A DNA stretch of 64,000 nt, from positions 2,418,001-2,482,000 of the forward strand of contig OZ037770.1 in assembly GCA_964035545.1 (NCBI GenBank), written 5' to 3'. This DNA comes from Bugula neritina (Eukaryota > Animalia > Bryozoa). Shown here piece after piece: positions 28,640 through 38,591 of this stretch; within the stretch, counting starts at the first letter, position 1, and each line of letters starts with the position of its first letter. The position numbers and the translations under genes are program-made. Under the pieces are notes generated by a model. The model was given only the letters and a program-made list of their open reading frames with translations, made no database searches and was not told the origin of the DNA.

Positions 28640-28659
28640 TGGTGGCAGCGGTGGGATTC
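28640..28659 (+). promoter_or_regulatory. Primer-binding site complementary to a tRNA-Leu 3' end
   Basis: TGGTGGCAGCGGTGGGATTC, 1 nt after the LTR; reverse complement of ...GAATCCCACCGCTGCCA-CCA (tRNA identity recalled from memory). Confidence 0.85.
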
Positions 28660-28693
28660 CACTTAATACAAATGCCCCTAGCCAGGGAGTAAA

Positions 28694-29566
28694 ATGGCCG
28701 ACGAAGTCGTCGAGGCGCCCCGACAGGAGCCAGCAGCAATAGAGGAGGATCACATAGGCGGCCCAGCGCTGCCTATGGACAGGTACCACTTGCGGGCTCC
28801 CAGCTTCTCAGGAGAAGAAGATGTGGAGCAATTCATCACTGAGTTTAGTGATGTGGCGGACATCTGCGGATGGGCGAACAGGGTTACTCTGATCCAGCTG
28901 CGGTTGTGTCTGACAGGGCCGGCTAAACCCTATGGGATAAGCCAGAATGTCGGTGACATATTTGAAGCACTACGAGCTAGGTTTGGATTAACCGCTCGAG
29001 ATGCTCGCGTGCAACTGCAGAGTCTTAGGAGAAATCCTAAAACCAATCTGCGAGAGCACGCTACCGTAGTCGAACGACTGGCACAAGTTGCTTACAGCGA
29101 CTTGCCTGCCGACAGTCGACAGAGCCTAGCACTGGATGCATTCCTCCAGTCTATTAACAACCTCGGTCTGAAACAGCATCTGCTGGTAGCCGAAGTTGAG
29201 ACTATGGAGAGAGCTCTAAGGCTTAGGAATGCCTATTTCCAAGCCGACAGTGCAAGTCGACCTGGAGCGACAGTACAGCAGGTCGGGGCAGACGACGTGT
29301 CGACGTCGCCAGCGAAGACAGCTGTACAGGTCGTAGCGGCAGCAGCAGACGAATCTACTAGCTTAACCACGAGCTTGATTCGAGAACTGCTAGCCGAGAT
29401 CAGGCAACTGCGCCAGCAGGCGACAGCCGAGAGACCCAAGAGGTCATCGGTAGCTGTCGACGACAGGCGCGGCCCCGTATGCTGGGGCTGTGGTAGTGGT
29501 GGGCACTTCCTACGGAGTTGCCCCCGCGGCAGTGGGGGGCGGTTAAACAGCGACGGCCCACGGTAA
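28694..29566 (+). CDS. gag: Gypsy Gag (capsid + CCHC zinc knuckle)
   Basis: APSFSGEEDVEQFITEF..W, CWGCGSGGHFLRSC; ends at G TTA AAC, overlapping the -1 frame. Confidence 0.92.
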   Translation: MADEVVEAPRQEPAAIEEDHIGGPALPMDRYHLRAPSFSGEEDVEQFITEFSDVADICGWANRVTLIQLRLCLTGPAKPYGISQNVGDIFEALRARFGLTARDARVQLQSLRRNPKTNLREHATVVERLAQVAYSDLPADSRQSLALDAFLQSINNLGLKQHLLVAEVETMERALRLRNAYFQADSASRPGATVQQVGADDVSTSPAKTAVQVVAAAADESTSLTTSLIRELLAEIRQLRQQATAERPKRSSVAVDDRRGPVCWGCGSGGHFLRSCPRGSGGRLNSDGPR

Positions 29567-30892
29567 CTTCCGCCTACCGTGGGCCCCAGTTTAACCCCCC
29601 AAGGCAGAGGCTACGGCCCCCACCCCACCGGGTGAGGAGGCCGCCTTCGCCAGAGTGGCAAGGCCCAAGGAGAGTGAGTCGGCCGCAAGGCCCACCAATA
29701 CCTCCGACTTGGGCACTCAAAAACCGCTTTGAAGGTTTGCTTGATGAGGGAGTGAACGACGAATGGGATCAGCAAGTGTTCTGCTATTTCGGCTTGCCGG
29801 AGCAGATACACTCTGACCAAGGCGCCCAGTTTCAGTCGCAACTTATGAGCGATCTCTGTAAAGTGTGGGGGGTAAACCAGAGTCGGACGGCCCCGTATCA
29901 CCCGCAAGGGAACGGGGTTGTGGAGCGGAACAACCGAATGCTAGGGGACTCTCTGAGAAGCCTGCTTATCGGTAGGAGCCAGGAAGAGTGGGACTTGGTG
30001 TTGCCGCAGATCATGCGAGCGTACCGTAGTACCCCTCACTCCAGTACACTGGAGACCCCTAATTTTCTCATGCTGGGGAGAGAAACAAGGGTTCCTGAGC
30101 ACGTAACCTATCATGTTCCGACTCCCGAGAGCAATGTCCACGACTACGTGGACAAGCTCGTAAAACGCATGGGGACGGCTCACGAGGTGCTACGTGAGCA
30201 GCAGTGGCAGGTCAGGAGTGGTGACTCCGACGACTCACCTTTATACAAGGTGGGGGACTGGGTCTGGATGACCAGTCATCGCCGCAGGCGCGGACAGGCA
30301 GCCAAGTTGCAGCCGAAGTTCGTAGGTCCCTACTGCGTAATTGAGGTAATGCCAAACCATACATACAAAGTGGAACGGTCTGGACAAGTGTCGATCCAGA
30401 ACGAGGCACGGCTAAAACCTCACTGGGCAAGTCCTGATGCGGCAGGTCAAGCACCTCCTCTCTTAGAGCCAGCTAGGCGCCCCCCTATGAGGGGACGACC
30501 CATGGCGTATCGAGAGATTGAGGAGATACTGCCAGACCAGGACGGGGCGGCTGATGCGTCGGCCGACCAGCCCCAGCCTCCTCCACCCCAGGAAGAGGAG
30601 GTCGACACACCTGAAGACTTGTCAGAGCCGGCCCCACCACCTGTGGAGCCGGTCGACAGGCCCATCGTTCCGGATGAGATTGAAATCCCTCAAAATAATG
30701 AGGGAGAGGCAGCTGGGGGAGGGCCACCCGTACTGGTGGACCCCCCGTACTGGCGACACCACCCGTGGTGGAAGAGTCACCAGTCGCAGCAATTTCCCCG
30801 GTACCGTTGGACCGTAGCCAACGTACCAGGGCGCCACCATCTTATTTAAAAGACTTCTTGTGTGACTTGGTCGACATGCACAGTATTCTGTA
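29518..30892 (+). pseudogene. pol: Truncated pol: short Pro/Arg linker fused to the C-terminal half of integrase
   Basis: FGLPEQIHSDQGAQFQS...TAPYHPQGNGVVERNN...KLQPKFVGPY; the first catalytic Asp, HHCC, PR, RT and RNase H are absent. A frameshift in the C-run at ~30741 displaces the natural end (RTRAPPSYLKDFLCD...stop ~30892). Confidence 0.9.
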
Positions 30893-31406
30893 GCATGGCG
30901 ACATTCACAAAGAAGTCTGGGGGAGCGAGGTAATTGATAACAGGCGACCCCGTGGCGGATTGAATAGGTCAGCCGGGGGTCAGCAGAGCGTAGCCAAATC
31001 AACAGCGTATAGGGTGTTACATAAGCACTCTAGCTGTGAGCGCTCTTTTCAATTACAGCTAGCAAACAGACAGCACGTCTTTTGCAATAAACAATTTGGC
31101 TATCTACGAGCCCTAAGAAAGCAGCAGCATCATTATGTCTAATGCAGCAACTGTTTTGGGGGGTAAGTCTACTAGAAAGTCTATAATAATTAATTAGAAT
31201 TTATTCTGGTAGCGACAGCAGTCTCACTTTGTCATAATGATAAAGTTGAAACTCCTGACAGCAAATGATATTTGATAGTTAGAGTGGGACAGTCGACTCA
31301 GCTGATTACACCATCAGTGAGTGACAGTGAGACTCGATTATTTAATATTGTTTGGAACGGGAGTCCCACGCATAGAGTGTAATTAAATTTAAATACTCTA
31401 TTGCAG

Positions 31407-32317
31407 GTGAGACTGAGCCTGTATCCGACGAGATACAGGCATTACTTGACACGCCTACGACTAACTGGGACAGCATGTCAGAAGCAGGGGTAGACATGCT
31501 GTCCGACATACACTTAGCAACATTTACGGACTCCCCGACACACACTGCGATGCAAATTGATACCAACGACTTGACTGATGACTTGACTGTAGCCAAGGAC
31601 AATACTCTAGCACTACCACGGGCCTTACTGGGACGGACTAACTGGACGACTCGAACACTGATAGAAGCACTAGTAGGGTCAGACGACAATAGACAATGTA
31701 CTGAATGTAGAAGAATACTATCTACTACTAGGAGACTGAGAATACATGTCCCGCAACATTTTACTGTGACTTTCTGTCCCTGCGGAGTCCACCACTTCTG
31801 CAGGGACACGATACTACGACATCAACGGACTAGAGACTGCTACGTTGGACACTTATATGAAGTCGACGCAGACTGCTACACTGAGTTCAGGGACCTGATA
31901 CTACCTCACGTGACCGACCCAGACCGACGACAGACTCTCCTAGACCATTTCCCCGCTACCCGACCTACAGTAGAGAGTGACTCTGATGCAGACCCCCAAC
32001 CCTCCGAGACAACGACTACCTACCCTCCAGACGTAACCACCCAACCTCTACGCGTCGTAGTAACCCGTGCTGGACGCGCGGTAACGAAGGACTCACAACC
32101 CCCAATGACGACAATCTCCTATGTGCCCCGACACACCCATAAGAAGAGGGGTGCTAGCAGCACACCCCGAGATGACAGCGACCCTGACCAATCCCTACTA
32201 ACCGACATTAGGAAAGTGCAACGGCGTATGGCTCGCCTCAGTAAGGAACAGAAGTGAGGGACCACCGAGCTGGCTAAGTTGCAGACCCGACTAGAGAAAC
32301 GGCTGGCGAAGAAGTGA
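31407..32317 (+). CDS. Accessory ORF of the Gypsy element: acidic N-terminus, C2H2-type zinc fingers, C-terminal coiled coil
   Basis: CTECRRILSTTRRLRIHVPQH and CPCGVHHFCRDTILRHQRTRDC; the frame is open from ~31390, first ATG 31475, TGA at 32255, then in-frame GTTELAKLQTRLEKRLAKK to 32317. Confidence 0.8.
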
Positions 32318-32531
32318 TAGAAGTGCGGACACCTACACATGTACCCCCCCTCCTGGCTAGTCAAGCAATGTAAATAGGTGTTATGGACTACGGCGTGAAG
32401 ACTCGTTTCTTATACTTATGTTATCTACTCTGTATATATATTTTCTCTTGTTCAAGTGTACCCCTAGTTTTGTAAAACCCTATGTTACCTTCATCATTAT
32501 TCGTGTGTTACTGTCTAGAGTACTTTTCGAT

Positions 32532-32543
32532 AGGCGAGGAGAG
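32532..32543 (+). promoter_or_regulatory. Polypurine tract
   Basis: aggcgaggagag directly before the 3' LTR. Confidence 0.8.
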
Positions 32544-33723
32544 TGTGATAGATTTTAGTAATGCAATTCTTATTATATTAATCGAAAAGGTTTACTCTGT
32601 ACTGTTTATTATCTTGTGAGTTCGACACTGTCGGAGTGTAACTATGGACAGCAGTGGCACCATTAGTAACCACCTATCAGGACAGTCACACTAATTAACA
32701 GCAGGTGGAGCTAGCTACTCGTAGTTGCAGCGCGCTGAGTAGCTAGCCGGCAGAGCAGCTTGGGACTTCATCTAGAGTAGTTGTGTATTAAAGCTCACTA
32801 ATTATGTAATCGTTTTCTATTCATGCTAGCAGTAAATAACCTTCTTGTATTTGTGTAAATAATAAAGTATCTTATCGTAAACAACCTGGTGCAGTGGCTT
32901 TGATTAAAGGATTGCTCTATCTTGTCTAATAAATGGCCATTTAGGTCAAACACACATAATATTGTGTTTTTCTAAGCATGCATTGACAAAAAGCATTTGA
33001 CCAAAGGTAGAAAAAGTTAGTTGAAGTTGAGGGTGTAGATTGGTAACAGCCAAAACGCCGATTTTGAAATGAGCTGGGAACTGTGACGTAACAGCGCCAG
33101 CATTCCTGCTGGTCACGTGACTATACAAATGAATAACTATAGAAATATGACTGTGAGATGTGATCTTTCAGCTCGTAATTTGTATATTTATAGAAGTGCA
33201 AATGTGAATTATCTCAATCTATAGTTTTTTGACATGTTAAATAACATGTATGTGATAACATTAGGCCATATTTTGCTTGTAAGCATAGAAAAAAGCATTG
33301 CAAAAACATGCATTCTTTAGGATGAATGCCTGCGATCGATCTAAACTAGGTCAAATTGTACAATATTATGGGCGCACCAAAGCTGACCTATATAGCGCAC
33401 TGTAACTGCTTGAGCGTTATTGGTTGATGTTGCGTTCAGCAACCTTGAATACTAGCGTTATAGTTAGCACGTGCAGCATAGTTACTGGCGTTCACACGTC
33501 ACGTATTAGGCTATTCTTTTTCATGGCTGAAAATTTTACCTCCCTCAAAATTGGAATTTTGAAAAGCTGTTTTCTAGGCATATATCCCTTTGCAAAGTCA
33601 CAATTGTTTGCATACACAATAGATTATAGTTCATAATTATAATGTGATTGTAATAAACTAAGATAGAGCAATCCTTTAAGGTGACCCACACATAATAATA
33701 GTGAACTGGCAAAATTCACTACA
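32544..33723 (+). repeat. 3' LTR, split by a MITE (32544-32907 + 33680-33723)
   Basis: Matches the 5' LTR apart from two small indels and a few substitutions; resumes after the insertion with ggtgacccacacataataatag...cactaca. Confidence 0.95.
32908..33675. mobile_element. 768-bp TTAA-targeting MITE (Kolobok/T2-type AGG termini)
   Basis: 16-bp TIRs AGGATTGCTCTATCTT / AAGATAGAGCAATCCT; TTAA duplicated at 32904-32907 and 33676-33679; the 5' LTR has the empty single-TTAA site at 28591-28594. Confidence 0.93.
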
Positions 33724-34457
33724 GTATGCTACCCAGTGGCAGATAGAATAGGTCAGCCGGGGGTCAGCAGAGCGAAGCCGACTCAATATCGTATAGGGTG
33801 TTACATAACCACTCTAGCTGTGAGCGCTCTTTTCAATTACAACCAGCTAACAGGCAGCACGTCTTTTTGCAGTGACTAAATTTGGCTACTACGAGCCCTA
33901 AGAAAACAGATAGCAAACATTATGTCTAATGCAGCAACTGTTTTGGAGGGCAAGTCTACTAGAAATTCTATATTATTTAATTAGAATTTATTCTGGTAGC
34001 GATATCAGTCTCGCTTTATCAGAATGATAAAGTTGAAACTCCTAACATCAGACAATACGTTGATGATTAGCGTGGGACAGTCGACTCAACTGATTGTGTG
34101 ATCAGTGAGTTAACGGACTGTGTGACTCATTTATCAGTATTGTATTGAAACAGGAGTCCCACGCATAGTGTGATTCAGACAGTAGATGAATTTAAATACT
34201 CTATTGCAGGTGAGACTGAGTCTGTATCTGACGAGATACAGGCACTGCTTGATACACCAACTACCAACTGGGACAGCATGTCAGAGACAGAGATGGATAT
34301 GCTGTCCGACATGCAATTGTCGACCATGACGGACTCACCGACAGTGACGACTAGACAAACTGCCATGCAATTAGACCTTACTGACTTGACTGAGACGACT
34401 GACCAAACTATTGCACTACCTCGAGCCTTACTAAGACGAACAAACTGGACTACACGC
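33724..34457 (+). mobile_element. Diverged second copy of the Gypsy post-pol spacer and the start of the zinc-finger ORF
   Basis: Colinear with ~30940-31650; FKYSIAGETESVSDEIQALLDTPTTNWDSMSE...LPRALLRRTNWTTR. Confidence 0.9.
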
Positions 34458-35850
34458 GGGGACAATGTACGAAGAAACCCCCACCATATTTGAAAGACTT
34501 CGTATGTGACTGCATTAGAAGCGGCGCGTATGAAAGTCTAGGGGAAAACTGTACTGGAAAATGTTGGAGTTTCGAGCCCCACACAAATATCAACTTTTGC
34601 GAGGGCGGAGTAGTGGGAGGAATAATGCGCGTGAAGCAAATAGTTCCGACCTCGTGCCACAGAAACGATGCCCAGCCTTTTCTTACGCTGACATCGCCAA
34701 GGGCAGACGTACCTCGCAATTATCTCCAACCATTACCGTGAACATTGAGTATGGGAACTAATACCAAGTTCACAGGTAAGCCAGTATAAGTCTTGTATTT
34801 CTATTTATGGAAACGGGCTCGATGCCAGTAAATTCTGAGCTAATCCATCGGATTGAATCAGAATTACTGGAGACCACGTTTCACGTGAACGACGATGGGG
34901 ACACAGTAATGGCCGACAGTTTGTTAGACCTGGAGCTAGACACTGTTCTTCTTGGTCAGTCCATGCGTGATCAACTGGTCTCTCGGGTGCCTTCTAAAAG
35001 TTGTGACTCTCAGACTAGTAACAATCGACAGTCACCAGAATTATGTTGTAAAGATTCACCGCGATCTGACAATAATTCTACTTTCGTAGAAGACACACTC
35101 GCTCCCGTCTCTCCGGGCATGCCCTCACTAGAGATGGCATGGGACCCAGAGCCGGCCCCAGCAACTTCCACAACTGCCACCCCAGCTAGAAGCGACCTCT
35201 AACTGGACTACCCCTGCCACAGAGGCGGAGATTAAGAAACATAGAGGAGATGACAAGAACCGCGAGTGCCGGCTATGTCAACAGCGGTTTACAACCCATC
35301 GTATATTGAGAGTCCACTTGCCACAGCATTATATCACAACGTACTGCCCCTGCGTGGAATATAGTTATAATCGAGACTATCTACTGCGTCATCAACGCAC
35401 CATGCATTGCTTTCAGGGACACGTCTACGACGTAGATAAATCATCTTACTCCGCATTCCTTGAAGCGATCAGACATCTTATCACCGACCCAGCTCGGCTA
35501 TCTCGCCTGGAGCAAGGCTTTCCCTCTCCTCGACCTATCATCTCTGAAACCATGGATAAGCCTACAAAATCATCTAATTCCCCACCTCTCAGTCCCAAAC
35601 CTCAACCACATACACTCCCCCGTGTCGTACTGCAGAGGGTAGACACGAAGACGTACACACTCCCTCCCCCACTTCCATCCTCAGAACAAAAAAGACACCG
35701 GCAGCAGCAGACTTTCTCCCGCTCATCCCCTCTGGCCGCAACCTACGAGAAGTAGAGACTAGGGCAAACGACCTGGAACAAGAGGTATACAGACTGGCCC
35801 CCCGCATTCATGCCGCATCTAGTGAGCTCCGGTCGCTACAGGAGAAAACA
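34458..35850 (+). mobile_element. 3' part of a second Gypsy family: pol tail plus a frameshifted zinc-finger accessory ORF
   Basis: PPPYLKDFVCD (~34478-34511) parallels the pol end of element 1; ORF 34807-35202 shifts into NWTT...CRLCQQRFTTHRILRVHLPQH.CPC..RDYLLRHQRTMHC and a coiled-coil tail LREVETRANDLEQEVYRL. Confidence 0.8.
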
Positions 35851-37699
35851 GCGGAGAGGCTTTTACGAAACGAATAATAGAGCCTGAATCAAATACAGCG
35901 AGGTATAGTAACGTAACAGTAATGTAAAACAGATGGTACCTAGTGGGTCTCCACTATAACATTAAAGAGTAAGGAAAAAAATAGAAAGTAGAGCAAAGCT
36001 ACATGTGAATTTTCTACTGTAACCAAGATTGGCTGGGTCGGTGAAAGTCATCAGTGACTGTATTAAAGACATGTAGAAAACAATCAAGAAAAAGTAAAAC
36101 TGCAATCAAGAATATGAACTACAAAACTGAGAAAAAAGTGTGATTCTCCATAAGCATTACCTCATTTCATATTAAAGTAACTTGATAGGTCAACTGTCAA
36201 GCTGTTTCAAAAGTACCGTTATAAGGTCTACAAGTGGTATTGAATCTTTTAATGCTCGAATTATTATGCTGGTTTGTTAGCAACCTGAGCATGCTTCTGG
36301 AATTTCAGAAAAATTCAAAAGATAATGCCAGAAACAATTTTTCACTGTCAATTTTCTCAGTTCTTTAATATTACAAAACTGGAATATCGGCGCAGTTGGA
36401 AAACATGCTATTACTTGAAAAATATAGAAAATACATTTACGAGCAAAATACTTCCCATTAAGTACGGTATTTTAGTCATTGAAACTTTTTGACTAAGTGA
36501 TATTTACATTTCTTAAATATCATGGCTGCTATGAATGAGCTACAACTACTCAAAGACCCTCTACACAGCCAGAATAGGCTTGGTGCAGCATTTCTGGAAT
36601 ACTTTATTATACTAGGTATAAAGTTGAAGCGCAAGCCGAGCAATGCTTTGGCTAAATATTTGCATTTATATCTTCTCCAAAGCAAAATTATAATTTCATA
36701 GACCTAAGTAAAGGCAGGGAAAGAAAAACAAAACAGCGGAGAGACTTTTATGAAACATATAATAGAGGCTGAATCAAATACGGCGACCTATAGTAAACGT
36801 AATAGTAATGTAAAGCAAATGGTACTTAGTAGGATATCCACTATAACATTCAAGGGTAAGGAAAAAAATACAAAGTAAAACAGTCACGTGTGAATTATTT
36901 ACTGTAACCAAGATTGGCTGGGTCGGTGATACTCATCAGTGACTGTATTAAAGACATGTAGAAAACAACCATCTTTTGTTAAATTGGGCCAAAGAAATAA
37001 CTAAAGGAGGCACATGAGCAATTATGGCTGGATGTTTTTCCTTACATCTCCAACGGCCTCAGTCCTTACTAGATAAATGCTCCAACCCCTAGACCATGGG
37101 TATATAGTAATGATTGCTTTCATTTTATGTAATAATATCAGTTTCGATTCTTATATATATATGTGCAGCAATGGAAAATTGAGAAATGTTTAAGCAGCCT
37201 AAATATGCTATATCTTGTTGATTAATGTATACATTTAAAACGTTTTAGATTTAAAAGTGAATATGTCAGAAGTTAGGATCTCTTACTGTAAGCTTTGCGC
37301 AGAACCCTTTACGAATCAACCAATTACCAGGCCACCAACAAAATGTAAATTATGCTGTAAGTATAAAGCTATATCGTTTTTTTTAGATTGCCGATACTCC
37401 AATCATCTATTGGCTTTTAAAAAAATTCTTTATACTGCAAGTAACAGGATCACAGATTTAATGAACTAATCTCCTATTCATACTTTGCCGCATTGTACAC
37501 CGTTACACAGGCAAAAGTAAAATGTCAACAGGCATATGACGTTGAGCTGTGACCAATCATAATTCTTGTCTGCTGCGACTTCTATGTTTTTGAATATTAT
37601 AAATTTGTGGTAACATTGTTTGAAAAAGATACGATATAAATGTTATTGACTAGATAAAAACAATTATATGAAGAAGTCTTTTTATTAAATATATTGTTG

Positions 37700-37990
37700 T
37701 GGTGATGAAGACAGCACCTCATGTAGACTATGCCAACATTTCACGACCCTCCCCCCCTAAGTACACCTGCCGCAACATTTTATAACCACCTTTTGTCCCA
37801 GTGGCGAGTTTAGTTACCACAGGGACTACATACTCCGCCATCAGAGAACGGTGAAGTGTTACCAAGGATATCTATGACGTAGATGAAGCATCTTATCCTA
37901 AATTCTTCAAACTAATCCAGCCTAGAACGGTTATCCCAAGGCTTTCCAGCCCCTAGGCGCAGCACTCCTGGCCCCATCATTACGGCTCAA
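37700..37990 (+). pseudogene. Decayed fragment of the zinc-finger accessory ORF
   Basis: CRLCQHFTT; CPSGEFSYHRDYILRHQRTVKCYQG; YDVDEASYPKF, with frameshifts. Confidence 0.8.
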
Positions 37991-38244
37991 GCGGGCTTCT
38001 CAAGAATAGGATTCTATGCTCCTCCCACACTAAGCAGCACTTCTGGTCTGTGTGACCCCTTCTGTTTTTCTCTCTCGCAGAGAGTAGTTGGAGTTACGAA
38101 TTATCTGGCGAAACCCATCACTGACTGATTTCACTGACTTGAAGGTAAAAAAGAATATGAAAAAAGTAGAACTGCAATCAAAAATATGAACTGCAAAACT
38201 GACCAAAATGGTGTGATGCTCTATAAGCATTACCTCATTTGATT

Positions 38245-38485
38245 GACGCACTCAATATTCAACATAGAGTGAATATAAAGAGACCAACACTAACCATTTG
38301 GTTGCAATCACACCCAGGGGCACTATTTGCTTTATTTGACATGGAATGGGGGTTAGAGCCTCAGACAAGTGTATAGTGAATAACTCTAGGCTCTTAGACT
38401 CCATAAGCCCAGGTGATGTGGTCATGGCAGATAGAGGCTTTTTATTGAAGAACTTGTAGGTGCTTGAGCCAAGTTGGCCATACTA
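38245..38485 (+). pseudogene. Truncated copy of the DDE_Tnp_4-type transposase remnant
   Basis: Colinear with 44815-45052 ([19 protein letters not shown]); breaks off at gccaagttggccatacta. Confidence 0.8.
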
Positions 38486-38499
38486 AAATACGGTATTGC

Positions 38500-38591
38500 C
38501 TTAGCTGCTTCCATTTTCCTAATAGTTTCTGGATCCCTGTCTACATACTGCACAAGCCAGCCTTTTTCTGTTTCGTCAACTACACACAGTC
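38500..38591 (-). pseudogene. KIN: Orphan KIN17-like exon
   Basis: GLCVVDETEKGWLVQYVDRDPETIRKMEAAK closely resembles KIN17 (GLCKVDETPKGWYIQYIDRDPETIRRQ, recalled); preceded by an acceptor-like ctcccgtag. Confidence 0.85.

Larger units (their letters stand above)
28245..33723 (+). mobile_element. Gypsy/Ty3 LTR retrotransposon, internally deleted, with an extra 3' ORF
   Basis: Near-identical TG...CA LTRs, PBS, PPT, gag with CCHC knuckle, integrase core and GPY motif; no protease, RT or RNase H. Confidence 0.95.

Noticed and set aside
31475-32257. Env gene
   Set aside because: No signal peptide, furin site or transmembrane segment; has zinc fingers instead.
34490-34741. Cys-containing 83-aa ORF as a separate gene
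   Set aside because: Its start is the PYLKDFVCD pol tail of the second Gypsy family, not an independent gene.
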